A stretch of DNA of 61,627 nucleotides, counting the filler. It is 4 parts of 4 records of this genome, joined end to end, with 100 filler letters (N's around TTAATTAATTAA, not from the genome) between each part and the next. Parts side by side here need not be neighbours in the genome. Positions count along the whole stretch, not along the records: positions 1 to 31,663 come from SRR31156797_1673; 3 more parts are not named here. One strand, given 5' to 3'. Every line of letters begins with the position of its first letter. The stretch's first letter is position 1. Both the position numbers and the translations under genes were made by a program. Positions 8,212-18,456 of this stretch are shown one piece after another. Under the pieces are notes generated by a model that saw only the letters and a list, made by a program, of their open reading frames with translations, did not search any database and was not told the origin of the DNA.

Positions 8212-10524
8212 CTATTTTCTTAAGTAAATGATTGCAGGAAATGGCGGTCCTATTTGCCCTTTGATTTTACCAGCAGAAATACCTTTTATTGTTTTATCAG
8301 CAAAAACAGAAGGAGAAAAACACCTTGATTGATTTAGAATAGCATCATTTAACATTTTCAAATAAGGTGATTCATACTGATGCCAGCTTTTGACTTTAAT
8401 ATTCAGCACAAATTGGCCTTCCTCAGGAAAGCTTTGAATATCAGCACAATTAGTACATTCACAGTCATCAATTTCACCAAAAACATTTGAACCCACTTCT
8501 ACCGATTCAGATATCACCGTTTTGTACGGAATAAACTGATTCGCATTAAAATAAGTTCTCAAAATAGAAGTATTCAACAGACTATATCTATTCTGCCCAC
8601 TATAATTTGGGGTTATCCAATAAGAAAACTCACCTTTCGTAATACCGGGTGCAACCATATGTAAAATCATTGTTTCAATACGATTTTGCCTTGCAGCTTC
8701 AGGTAATTCAAATAATAGCTTGCGCTCAATTTGTTCTTTTGATAAACCATCCAATACAACCAGACTGTCAAGGTCATATTGCAATAACTTTTCAATTAAA
8801 TCCTTCTTATACTGCCTGATCTCCGGAAGCACCATTCCAATAGAATCCGAAACAACAACCACATACCAGGTTTTACCTAATGGTGATGATAACTTTTGTA
8901 TTGTATCGCTACGTAATAATTTATACCGATGCGTTATTTCATTGGAAAAATAGTCTGATACTTCAATAATCAATGAGTCGTTATTCAGTATATCCAGTTT
9001 ATCATTAAAATAGTATTTTGAATCTTTAACCTGTGGTTGAATTTCCTTACCATTAATCTTTAACCATTTCAAACCTGATGCTTCATAAAAAAATCCATTG
9101 ATATTAAGCTGAGATTGTGTAACAACAATGGCACTATCTTCATTCAGCAATGGCTCCTGAAGGTATAATAATGGAGGATCCTTCTCTACCCTAAGGATTT
9201 TGTATGAATTCGATACTACATTATTGTAAACATCAGAAGCAGTTATAAAAATAGCTGAAGCTGTATCAATGTTCAATTGAATTGAGAAATCAACACCTGT
9301 TTCGGAAGAGGTAGTATCTGGTTTCCTGCCATTTACCAGCACATAAGCAATACTACTGGCATCTTCTACTTTTCCTCTAATCAAGACTTTATTCTGGGTT
9401 TTTCCTAAACTGATGGATGAATCATCAGGTCCCGGGGGTGAAATAATCACAATTTTTGGAGGAAATTTTTCCTTCTTCAATCTAAATATTCCTTGTTTTG
9501 CATAGCTTGTTTTAATCTCATCATCACTATATTTCACAACATTGTCATAGGCTTCAATAGCTTTGGATATCATGTATAACTCTTCGAGTAATTGCCCCTT
9601 GAGCAACCACGCTGATGGCGAATACGGATCCCACTCAATGTAATATGAAATATCGGATAAAGCATTTTGCAATAAGTTCTCCTTCTTGTACTGCTCGGCT
9701 CTTTCAAAATACAAATCAATTCGGGTTGGTTCCAAAGTCAAAATCTTTGTCAAATCACTTATTTGAGCCAATGTTTTGCCCATAGCGCCATAAAGCAAAG
9801 ATCTCAATCGATAACTATCAGCATCATTAAACTCTCTACATGCTTGGGAAAATATTTCAATGGCTTTATCGTAATAGTTATTCCTCACCAAAAGCTTGCC
9901 CATATCGTGATATGGTGGTTTGAATGACTTATTAATTGAAATAGCCTCGTTGTAATAAGCTATGGCATAATCAATTAACCCTAGCGAATCCGAAGCCAGC
10001 GCCTTGGCATATAGCAACTCCGCATCTTCTTTTATTTCAGCAGCCTGGTCACTAATAAGTAGACCACTTTCAGCATTACCTATATGTGTAAGTGCTAAAG
10101 ATTGGATTTTTAATGCCTCAAAATTTGCTGAATCAATATCAAGTGTGGATGTAGCAAATTGCAGAGCTTCCAAATAATTCTCCTTTTCATATAGTATTCT
10201 GGCAGTTTTAAGCTTCAGCTCAGCCCTTTCGGGAAATAATTTGGTAGCTGCAATATAATCTTTGATGGCTTCATTCCCACGATTTAATGCCTCGTAGGAC
10301 TCTGCTCTATAAATGTAAGCTTCGTTGAATTTTTGTTTTTGCGCATCAATAGCAATGGTTAACCATCCAATTGCCCTGATATGTTCATTATTTTCAAAGG
10401 CATCTTTACCAATTCGAAAAGCCTTCCCTGGCCGCTGAGATACGCCATCAAAGGCAAAAACAAACATTATCAGCACAATAAGCGCCAACCTAAAATTAAA
10501 CCTGTATAGAAATATGTTTTTCAC
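8212..10524 (-). CDS. Exported TPR protein with two Ig-like domains and a degenerate caspase-like C-terminal domain
   Basis: Signal peptide, many TPR-like helical repeats, two PP.I...P/G.V.D.S beta domains, C-terminal domain starting PLGKTW. Confidence 0.7.
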   Translation of the reverse strand: MKNIFLYRFNFRLALIVLIMFVFAFDGVSQRPGKAFRIGKDAFENNEHIRAIGWLTIAIDAQKQKFNEAYIYRAESYEALNRGNEAIKDYIAATKLFPERAELKLKTARILYEKENYLEALQFATSTLDIDSANFEALKIQSLALTHIGNAESGLLISDQAAEIKEDAELLYAKALASDSLGLIDYAIAYYNEAISINKSFKPPYHDMGKLLVRNNYYDKAIEIFSQACREFNDADSYRLRSLLYGAMGKTLAQISDLTKILTLEPTRIDLYFERAEQYKKENLLQNALSDISYYIEWDPYSPSAWLLKGQLLEELYMISKAIEAYDNVVKYSDDEIKTSYAKQGIFRLKKEKFPPKIVIISPPGPDDSSISLGKTQNKVLIRGKVEDASSIAYVLVNGRKPDTTSSETGVDFSIQLNIDTASAIFITASDVYNNVVSNSYKILRVEKDPPLLYLQEPLLNEDSAIVVTQSQLNINGFFYEASGLKWLKINGKEIQPQVKDSKYYFNDKLDILNNDSLIIEVSDYFSNEITHRYKLLRSDTIQKLSSPLGKTWYVVVVSDSIGMVLPEIRQYKKDLIEKLLQYDLDSLVVLDGLSKEQIERKLLFELPEAARQNRIETMILHMVAPGITKGEFSYWITPNYSGQNRYSLLNTSILRTYFNANQFIPYKTVISESVEVGSNVFGEIDDCECTNCADIQSFPEEGQFVLNIKVKSWHQYESPYLKMLNDAILNQSRCFSPSVFADKTIKGISAGKIKGQIGPPFPAIIYLRK

Positions 10525-10676
10525 AAATAGACGATGCTTGTGGTTATTCCTTACATTACAAAAATAATATTACTGATGGTTTAAACTCATAATGTACCGT
10601 TAAAAAGCGATTTAGCATAACGATTTTAAAATATAAACGGTCATTTTTTTACCTTTGCTTTTCAAAATAAGCGAAT

Positions 10677-11711
10677 ATGATTAAAAAAGGATTTGCAAGC
10701 GACAATAATGCCGGAACCCATCCACAGGTTTTGGCAGCTATGATAGAAGCCAACCAGGGTCATGTGATTGGTTACGGTGATGATGAATTTACACAAAAGG
10801 CCATTAAAGAATTTAAAAAAGAGTTTGGTGAAGACACCATCGTAAACTTTCTGTTTACGGGTACTGCCACCAATGTGATGGGGATAATGGCTGCATCAAG
10901 ATCATATAATTCTGTTATTTGCACAGATACTGCTCACATCAATGTGGATGAATGTGGTGCTCCGGAGAAAATCACCGGATCAAAAGTCATAGCAGTTAAA
11001 AATGAAAACGGGAAGTTACTTCCTGAACGCGTTAAACCACATCTGCATGGATTCGATTTTGAACATCATTCCCAACCGGGCATTCTTAGCATAAGCCAGG
11101 TTACTGAAATGGGGACTGTTTACCAACCAGAAGAAATTAAAGCGCTGGCAGATTTGGCACATAAACATGGGATGTTCCTGCATATGGATGGCGCACGTAT
11201 TGCCAATGCAGCAGTAAGTCTGAATATGAAATTCCGGGAATTTACACGCGATTGTGGAGTTGATATCCTCTCATTTGGAGGCACAAAAAACGGGTTAATA
11301 ATGGGAGAAGCATTATTATTCTTCAAACCGGAACTGGCAAATGGGTTCAAATACTTGCGCAAGCAACACATGCAATTATTCTCAAAAATGAGATTCGTAT
11401 CTGCCCAATTTCTGGCCTATTTCAAAAATGATTTGTGGAAAAAATCAGCTGAACATGCCAATAATATGGCTCAGTTGCTTGTAGAAAAACTCAAAGATAT
11501 TGATCAAATTCAGATAACTCAAAAAGTAGAAGCAAACGGTATATTTGCCATTATTCCTGAAGCATGGATTAAACCTTTGCAGAAAAAATATTTTTTCTAT
11601 ATGTGGGACGAAGAAAGAAATGAAGTTCGTTGGATGACCTCCTTCGACACCACTGAGGAAGACATTGAGAATTTTACCGCTGAAATAAAGAAACTTGCAG
11701 CCAATGGATAA
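10677..11711 (+). CDS. ltaE: Low-specificity L-threonine aldolase
   Basis: FASDN, YGDD, GTATN, AHINVDECGAPE, HMDGAR, SFGGTKNG; promoter box TACCTTTG at 10650-10657. Confidence 0.93.
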   Translation: MIKKGFASDNNAGTHPQVLAAMIEANQGHVIGYGDDEFTQKAIKEFKKEFGEDTIVNFLFTGTATNVMGIMAASRSYNSVICTDTAHINVDECGAPEKITGSKVIAVKNENGKLLPERVKPHLHGFDFEHHSQPGILSISQVTEMGTVYQPEEIKALADLAHKHGMFLHMDGARIANAAVSLNMKFREFTRDCGVDILSFGGTKNGLIMGEALLFFKPELANGFKYLRKQHMQLFSKMRFVSAQFLAYFKNDLWKKSAEHANNMAQLLVEKLKDIDQIQITQKVEANGIFAIIPEAWIKPLQKKYFFYMWDEERNEVRWMTSFDTTEEDIENFTAEIKKLAANG

Positions 11712-12657
11712 TAATTATCCGCTGAAATACAGCCCACATTATCCATACAACAGGTATACCGATTATTTGCAAAATATATTCGGAAAAAGAATGCAAAAGG
11801 TATCCATTGACGCCGGTTTTACATGCCCCAATATTGATGGATCCATTAGCAAAGGAGGCTGTATTTATTGCAACAACAAAAGCTTTAATCCAAATTACAA
11901 ATTTGAGCAACAAAACATCCACAAGCAAATAGACAAAGGCATCAGCAAATTCACAAAGCGAAAACCGGGTACCGGTTTTATCGCATATTTTCAATCACAT
12001 ACTAACACGCATGGATCACCTCAATTACTGAGAGAATTATTTCAAAAAGCTGCTGATCATCCTCAAGTAGAAGCCCTTATGATTTCCACCAGACCCGATT
12101 GTTTGGAGGATGAAGTCATACAAATTTTGAAAGAATTCAATAACCAGATATTTACGGGAGTTGAAATTGGCATAGAATCCACTTTAAACAAGACATTAGA
12201 TAAAATCAATCGCGGTCACAGTTGGGAGCAAACCGTTGATACTATTCATCGGATTAAAGCAGCAGGTTTACATATTGGCGGACATCTGATTCTTGGTCTT
12301 CCGGGAGAAACAAGTGATGATATATTATCTCATGCAGAAAAACTTGCCCTTCAGCCACTTGACACCATTAAGCTTCATCAGCTCCAAATCATAAAAAATA
12401 CGCAATTAGCATCCGATTTTAAGAAAAATCCATCTAAAATCAGGTTATTTCCCTTAGAAGAATATATCGATCTTTGTATTAGCTTTACTGAGAAGTTAAA
12501 TTCAGAGGTAGTTATTGAACGTTTTGCATCTGAATCTAAACCGGATTTATTAGAAGTTAAAGCATGGGGAGGGATAAAAAATCAGCAAATTGCCGACATG
12601 ATTTCTAATGAAATGAAAAGAAGAAATACATGGCAAAGTAAACAATTCGTCAAATAA
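11695..12657 (+). CDS. TIGR01212 family radical SAM protein (YhcC-like)
   Basis: GFTCPNIDG...GGCIYC, YFQ.HTNT, STRPDCL, INRGH, HLILGLPGE, KLHQL. Confidence 0.93.
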   Translation: MQPMDNNYPLKYSPHYPYNRYTDYLQNIFGKRMQKVSIDAGFTCPNIDGSISKGGCIYCNNKSFNPNYKFEQQNIHKQIDKGISKFTKRKPGTGFIAYFQSHTNTHGSPQLLRELFQKAADHPQVEALMISTRPDCLEDEVIQILKEFNNQIFTGVEIGIESTLNKTLDKINRGHSWEQTVDTIHRIKAAGLHIGGHLILGLPGETSDDILSHAEKLALQPLDTIKLHQLQIIKNTQLASDFKKNPSKIRLFPLEEYIDLCISFTEKLNSEVVIERFASESKPDLLEVKAWGGIKNQQIADMISNEMKRRNTWQSKQFVK

Positions 12658-12761
12658 ACGGGTTTATTAACAGTTTATTGACGTATTGATCAAAACCCAT
12701 TATAATTTATTCCGTATAATGCTCAATTGACAATCTATTGATGAAAATAAAACCAAAAAAT

Positions 12762-15700
12762 ATGAAACCATTTTCTACAAAGCTTATTATTACCATTGCT
12801 TTAGTGTTTACGTCACTAATATCATTCACACAAAACACTAAAGATGTTGACCTTAGCATAGATAAAATATTCCCGGCCGTACAGGGAAATATCCCCAACG
12901 GTGATATTGATGATTTACTTTATCCATATTATGGCGGTTACAAATATGTGCCAAAACATATTATTCAGGGATTTAATATCATCGGGCTACCGGTAAATCA
13001 TCCGGGTGAAGATGCTATTACTTTTGATTGGCAACTAACTTTAACCCAGGATCCGGGAGGTTTAAATAGTCTTGTATTTGATCAAACAGAAAGCTTTACC
13101 CTAAGCACAGGTGAATCTGATATCATCACATTTGGTAATCCAATCAATCAAAATGAAGTAGGTACTTACAGACTAACAGCAACACTTTCAAGTCCGGATG
13201 ATGCAAATAGTGCAAATAATTCCGTTGATTTTGACTACTATATTTCAGATACTGAGTATGGATATGCCGATAAAAACAACATCAGCTCTTCATTTACATT
13301 ACATGATAACCCTTTAGCTCAAAATGGTGATGGCGTTGGAATAGTTACCTATTTCCCTGAGCCAGCAGGTGATCCATACACCATCAATTCAATATCCGTT
13401 TACGTTGCAGATGATTACACCGGAGTTATTGACAATGGAAATGCTTTTTTTATTGGTTTAATTTGGCCAAGAGACGAACTCACAGGAGAATGGGATTTTT
13501 CAGGTGGTGGCTTTCAAACCAATCCTAAAATGTTAACCAGCGATGATTTAAATGAAATAATTACGCTTGACCTTACATCACCTCTTGAAATAACAGAGGA
13601 AAAAGAATATTTGGTTGCAATGCACATAGTAAACAATAATGATCTTACTGATGGAGGTAGAGTTTCAATTGGAGCAGATCCTAACAGATATGCTGCCAAC
13701 GACTTAACTTGTGTTCAAATTCTAAATGGAGATCAGGTTGAATACGCAGATTATACACCTGCCATATGGGCAAATGTTGCGCCAGCGGCTAATCCTGCCA
13801 ATGATGAAGCAGAAATAACAGCCTACGCTATCGCAGGACAAGTTTCATCAAGCATAAACGCCGGAGCACAAACCATTGATGTGACAGTGCCCGGCGGAAC
13901 GGATGTTTCTAATCTTACAGCTACTTTCGCACTATCTGCCGGAGCCGCTGCAGCTGTTGGTGGTACACCTCAGGAAAGCGGATTAACGGCAAACGATTTT
14001 AGCAGTCCGGTTACCTATACCGTAACTGCTGAAGATGGAACAACCACAAAAGATTGGGTCGTAACAGTTACTGAAGCAGCCTCTTCTGAAGCTGAAATAA
14101 CTGCATACTCACTACCCGGACAAACCTCTTCTAACATAGGTGCCGGTACGCAAACTATCGATATTGTTATGCCTAACGGAACAGACGTATCTAGCCTTGC
14201 TGCCACATTTACCTTATCAGCCGGTGCTAATGCAACAGTTGGTGGCACTCCACAGGAAAGTGGCGTTACAACAAATGACTTTAGCAGTCCGGTAACTTAT
14301 ACTGTAACCGCAGAAGACGGTACAACCACTAAAGATTGGGTGGTAACAGTAACCGAAGAAGCATCAACTGAAGCAGAAATATTAGCGTATTCAATTAATG
14401 GACAAACCTCATCAAATATTGATGCAGGTGCACAAACCATTGACGTTACTGTTCCAAACGGAACAGATTTAACTAACCTTCTAGCTACTTTTACCTTATC
14501 AGCTGGTGCTAATGCAACAGTAGGTGGAACACCTCAGGAAAGTGGTGTTACAGCAAATGATTTTAGTAGTCCGGTTACCTATATTATTACCGCCGAAGAC
14601 GGAACAACAACCAAAGATTGGGTGGTAACAGTAACCGAAGGCGTGTCTACCGAATCTGATATCACGGCATACTCAATTGATGGACAAACCTCATCAAATA
14701 TTAATGCCGGTGCACAAACCATAGATGTAATCGTTCCTAACGGAACAGATGTTACTAATCTGGTTGCCATATTTACCTTATCAAACGGAGCCACTGTAGC
14801 TATTGGAGGAACACCTCAGGAAAGTGGTGTAACAGTTAATGATTTTACCAGCCCTGTTACATATACTGTTACTGCGGAAGATGGCACAACCACTAAAAAC
14901 TGGGTTGTAACAGTAACACCCGGGCTATCAAATCAAGCAAATGTCCTAACATTTAATATTCCGGGACAAACCAGCTCAAACATCAACGATGTAGACCAAA
15001 CTGTTGATGTAGTAATGCCGATTGGTACAGATTTAACAGCCTTAATTGCTGAATTTACACTTTCAACCGGGGCATCAGCCAATATTGGTGGTACACCTCA
15101 GGAAAGTGGCGTAACAGAAAATGATTTCACAATTCCGGTTGTTTACACAATTGTTGCTGAAGATGGTGTAACCGGACAAGACTGGACCGTAACTGTGACA
15201 ACAGGCGGTTCAGACGAAGCTGATATTACAGCTTATTCTATAGACGGACAATTATCATCTGATATTAATGCCGGCGCACAAACCGTTAATGTTACCATGG
15301 CCAATGGAACTGATGTAACAAACCTTGTGGCTACATTTTCGCTTTCTAACGGTGCTACAGCAGCAATTGGCGGAACTCCACAGGAAAGTGGCGTTACAGC
15401 TAATGATTTTACAAGCCCGGTAACCTACACAGTAACCGCCGAAGATGGAGCTACAACAAAAGACTGGACAGTAACTGTAACATTTGATATCTCTGATCAA
15501 GCAGACATCTTAACTTACACATTACCAGGTCAGATTAGTTCCTCAATTGATGCCGGTGCACAAACTATTTCTGTAATAGTCCCAACAGATACAGATGTAA
15601 CAAACTTAATTGCCACCTATACACTATCCACAGGAGCCAGTGCGGCAATTGGAGGCACACCGCAAGAGAGTGGTGTTACTGCCAATGATTTTACTAATCC

Positions 15701-16889
15701 TGTTGTATACACCGTTACAGCTGAAGATGGCACTACAACAAAAGATTGGACAGTAACCGTTTCTGAACAATCGGCCGGAGCAACAGACTTCATTAGCTAT
15801 AGTATTGATGGAAATGTAGGTATTATTGATTTAAATAATGGTTATATCCGTGTTGAGGTTCCAGGTGGAACAGACCTAACGCAACTAACCGCTGATTTCG
15901 AAGTAGTTGCAGGTACAATTGTTAGAATCGGAACAACCGTTCAGGAAAGTGGCATAACAGTGAACGATTTCTCTGATATTGTTGAATACAGGCTAATTCC
16001 AGAAACAGGAGTTTCTAAGAAATGGTATATCGATGTGGTGGAAACCAGCAATATGAACACAAATGCTGATTTCGCTTACTTCGGATTTTACGGACAAACA
16101 CAGCCTGCAGAAATTGATACCCAATCTAACTTCATATCAGTAAACCTTGATCCAAATTTAGATGTAACTCAACTCATTCCAATCTTCTACCTATCAGATG
16201 GAGCCATTGCCTACATTGGTAATTCGATTCAGTGGAGTGGAGAAAATGTGGTTGATTTCTCATCAGGAGTAAGCTATATAGTAATTGCAGAAGATGGTGT
16301 AAGCTCTGAACTTTGGACTGTACAGGTAACAACCAATCAGAATTCAGCGGCAAAAATCTTATCATTTACATTCCCTGCAATACCTGGAAACGATCAAACT
16401 ACAACAATTAACCAGGGAGCAAGAAGCATAAATGTTGCTGTTCCTCAAGGTACACCAAGAAATAATTTGGTTGCCCAATATCAGTTAAGTTCAGGAGCGT
16501 CAGCTGAGGTTAATGGAACAGAACAAATTAATGGTGTTACTGCTAACAATTTTAATACACCTGTAATCTATACCATCACCTCTCAAAACGGAGATGTTGA
16601 AGAGAGTTGGATTGTAAGTGTAACATATGCTGTTGGAATTGGTGAAAATGAATTATTATCATTTAACATGTACCCAAATCCAGCCAAAGAATCTGTTACC
16701 ATTCAATTATCTCAATTGCTTGAAAATACGAGTTTGAAAATATTGAACATGGTTGGCAAAACAGTTCATGTGCAAGAATTGAATGCCTTAAATTCAAATA
16801 TCGATATAGCAAGCTTAGAGAAAGGTATTTACCTGGTTGTTATCGGTAATTCAACAGACCAAACAATTGAAAAACTAATAATAAGATAA
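12762..16889 (+). CDS. Large T9SS-secreted surface protein with ten ~94-aa Ig-like (DUF5018-like) repeats
   Basis: Signal peptide from MKPFSTK; repeats GTD...L.A.F.LS.GA...QESGVT.NDF..PV.Y.V.AEDG; CTD with MYPNPA...GIY...KLII. Confidence 0.88.
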   Translation: MKPFSTKLIITIALVFTSLISFTQNTKDVDLSIDKIFPAVQGNIPNGDIDDLLYPYYGGYKYVPKHIIQGFNIIGLPVNHPGEDAITFDWQLTLTQDPGGLNSLVFDQTESFTLSTGESDIITFGNPINQNEVGTYRLTATLSSPDDANSANNSVDFDYYISDTEYGYADKNNISSSFTLHDNPLAQNGDGVGIVTYFPEPAGDPYTINSISVYVADDYTGVIDNGNAFFIGLIWPRDELTGEWDFSGGGFQTNPKMLTSDDLNEIITLDLTSPLEITEEKEYLVAMHIVNNNDLTDGGRVSIGADPNRYAANDLTCVQILNGDQVEYADYTPAIWANVAPAANPANDEAEITAYAIAGQVSSSINAGAQTIDVTVPGGTDVSNLTATFALSAGAAAAVGGTPQESGLTANDFSSPVTYTVTAEDGTTTKDWVVTVTEAASSEAEITAYSLPGQTSSNIGAGTQTIDIVMPNGTDVSSLAATFTLSAGANATVGGTPQESGVTTNDFSSPVTYTVTAEDGTTTKDWVVTVTEEASTEAEILAYSINGQTSSNIDAGAQTIDVTVPNGTDLTNLLATFTLSAGANATVGGTPQESGVTANDFSSPVTYIITAEDGTTTKDWVVTVTEGVSTESDITAYSIDGQTSSNINAGAQTIDVIVPNGTDVTNLVAIFTLSNGATVAIGGTPQESGVTVNDFTSPVTYTVTAEDGTTTKNWVVTVTPGLSNQANVLTFNIPGQTSSNINDVDQTVDVVMPIGTDLTALIAEFTLSTGASANIGGTPQESGVTENDFTIPVVYTIVAEDGVTGQDWTVTVTTGGSDEADITAYSIDGQLSSDINAGAQTVNVTMANGTDVTNLVATFSLSNGATAAIGGTPQESGVTANDFTSPVTYTVTAEDGATTKDWTVTVTFDISDQADILTYTLPGQISSSIDAGAQTISVIVPTDTDVTNLIATYTLSTGASAAIGGTPQESGVTANDFTNPVVYTVTAEDGTTTKDWTVTVSEQSAGATDFISYSIDGNVGIIDLNNGYIRVEVPGGTDLTQLTADFEVVAGTIVRIGTTVQESGITVNDFSDIVEYRLIPETGVSKKWYIDVVETSNMNTNADFAYFGFYGQTQPAEIDTQSNFISVNLDPNLDVTQLIPIFYLSDGAIAYIGNSIQWSGENVVDFSSGVSYIVIAEDGVSSELWTVQVTTNQNSAAKILSFTFPAIPGNDQTTTINQGARSINVAVPQGTPRNNLVAQYQLSSGASAEVNGTEQINGVTANNFNTPVIYTITSQNGDVEESWIVSVTYAVGIGENELLSFNMYPNPAKESVTIQLSQLLENTSLKILNMVGKTVHVQELNALNSNIDIASLEKGIYLVVIGNSTDQTIEKLIIR
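13806..16625 (+). repeat. Intragenic tandem repeat, ~282-bp unit x10; first seven units most similar
   Basis: Unit starts at 13806, 14088 and onward; recurring CCTCAGGAAAGTGG and GAAGATGG cores. Confidence 0.9.
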
Positions 16890-16905
16890 GGTTAGAAGAG
16901 AACTT

Positions 16906-16952
16906 AAAATACCCAAAACGAATTTCATGTTTATTGTTTTGGGTATTTTTTT
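16906..16952 (+). terminator. Rho-independent terminator
   Basis: AAAATACCCAAAAC / GTTTTGGGTATTTT stem followed by a T-run. Confidence 0.8.
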
Positions 16953-17029
16953 ATTCCATAATAGATTTCTATTTGTAATAATCCCCCTATCTTTATCTTG
17001 AAAAAAGAAACCGGTTTAAATCAACTTTT

Positions 17030-18127
17030 ATGAACAAAAATAATTACGCCATAATTATGGCTGGCGGTGTGGGAAGCAGGTTCTGGCCCTGGAGTAAAAC
17101 TGAAAAGCCAAAGCAATTTTTGGATGTATTAGGAACTGGAAAAACGTTAATTCAGCAAACTTATGAGAGAATTAACAGAATTTGTCCCAGAGAAAACATT
17201 TTAATTATCACGAATGGCTTATATGCTGATACTATTGCAGAGCAAGTTGCAGATATACCTCGTGAAAATATTTTAAGTGAGCCAAAAGGAAGAAATACCG
17301 CTCCATGTATTGCCTATGGTGCATTTAAAATTCAACGCCATAACCCCAATGCCAATATCTTAGTAGCCCCGTCTGATCATGTAATATTAAAAGAAGATTT
17401 GTTCGTAAAAGTTGTGGAAGAAGCATTTAATTATGTACAAGAAAATGAGGTTTTACTTACTATAGGTATCGATCCGCACAAACCTGAAACTGGATATGGC
17501 TACATACAATCAACAGGTAACGTAATCAAAGAAAGCCCTGGTGAATGGCAATTATCAGAAGTTTCAGCATTTAGAGAAAAACCAAATGTTGAAAAAGCCA
17601 AAGAGTTTCTTGAAAGTGGCGATTACTTCTGGAATGCCGGGATTTTTGTATGGTCGGTTAGAACAATTATTCGCTCATTTGAGAAACATTTACCAACTAT
17701 GCACAGTCAATTTGATGCGTTTGAAACTGACTATAATACCAAAAATGAGGAAGCAGCTGTTCGTACTATTTTTAATCAATGTGACAGCATTTCAATTGAT
17801 TATGGTATTATGGAGAAAGCCAAAAATGTGTGTGTAATCAGCACAGATATTGGATGGTCAGACATGGGATCATGGAGTACGCTGCATGAGGTTTCTTCCA
17901 AAGATGAAGAAGGAAACGCATCTAATACCAAAAAATCTCTGTTCTACAATTCGAAAAATTGCTTACTCAGAACACTTGATAATAAAGTCGCGGTTATAGA
18001 AGGACTTGAAGACTACATTGTTGTTGAAGAGGAGAATGCAATACTTATTTGTCGCAAACAAAACGAGCAATTAATTAAAGAATTCGTAAAAGATGTAGGT
18101 GATAAATTTGGGGAAGATTATATTTAA
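17030..18127 (+). CDS. manC: Mannose-1-phosphate guanylyltransferase
   Basis: IMAGGVGSRFWP.S...PKQF, EP.GRNTAP, PSDH, PETGYGYI, F.EKP, WNAGIF, SIDYGIME, GWSD.GSW. Confidence 0.95.
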   Translation: MNKNNYAIIMAGGVGSRFWPWSKTEKPKQFLDVLGTGKTLIQQTYERINRICPRENILIITNGLYADTIAEQVADIPRENILSEPKGRNTAPCIAYGAFKIQRHNPNANILVAPSDHVILKEDLFVKVVEEAFNYVQENEVLLTIGIDPHKPETGYGYIQSTGNVIKESPGEWQLSEVSAFREKPNVEKAKEFLESGDYFWNAGIFVWSVRTIIRSFEKHLPTMHSQFDAFETDYNTKNEEAAVRTIFNQCDSISIDYGIMEKAKNVCVISTDIGWSDMGSWSTLHEVSSKDEEGNASNTKKSLFYNSKNCLLRTLDNKVAVIEGLEDYIVVEEENAILICRKQNEQLIKEFVKDVGDKFGEDYI

Positions 18128-18148
18128 AAATATTATAAACGTTTTTTG

Positions 18149-18180
18149 AAATGCCTTTGCCATAGCAAGGGCATTTTGTT
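18149..18180 (+). terminator. Rho-independent terminator after manC
   Basis: AAATGCCTTTGC-cata-GCAAGGGCATTT followed by T-rich tail. Confidence 0.75.
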
Positions 18181-18268
18181 TATCTACTGCTAAATAATTC
18201 TCACGCAACGCTCGCTACGAAAACACTACGAGCTATAAATTAACCATCGGTTTTCTGTTTCCTCTTTT

Positions 18269-18325
18269 GCCCTTTCAGGGCAATAATTTATACGTGTCAT
18301 TTACCATAGGACGTTGTCCTATGCT
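18269..18325. repeat. REP-like palindromic element
   Basis: GCCCTTTCAGGGC (18269-18281) followed by the hairpin CATAGGAC-gtt-GTCCTATG (18305-18323). Confidence 0.55.
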
Positions 18326-18405
18326 TGTGCTATTGTGCAATCAGCGTAAAATACAAACCAGTGGTGTTTGCATCGAATTAATCTTTGAGTAAAATAATCA
18401 ACATT

Positions 18406-18440
18406 AAAAAAGCGGCCTTTACAATATGCAAAGGCCGCTT
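18406..18440 (-). terminator. Rho-independent terminator of the M14 peptidase gene
   Basis: AAGCGGCCTTT / AAAGGCCGCTT stem with A-run on the left (T-run on the minus strand). Confidence 0.8.
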
Positions 18441-18456
18441 CATGTATGTTATAGTA

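Noticed and set aside
13806-16625. Long repeat array as a possible CRISPR or DGR template/variable repeat
   Set aside because: Units are in-frame 282-bp coding repeats with no spacers; differences are not adenine-specific and no reverse transcriptase is present.
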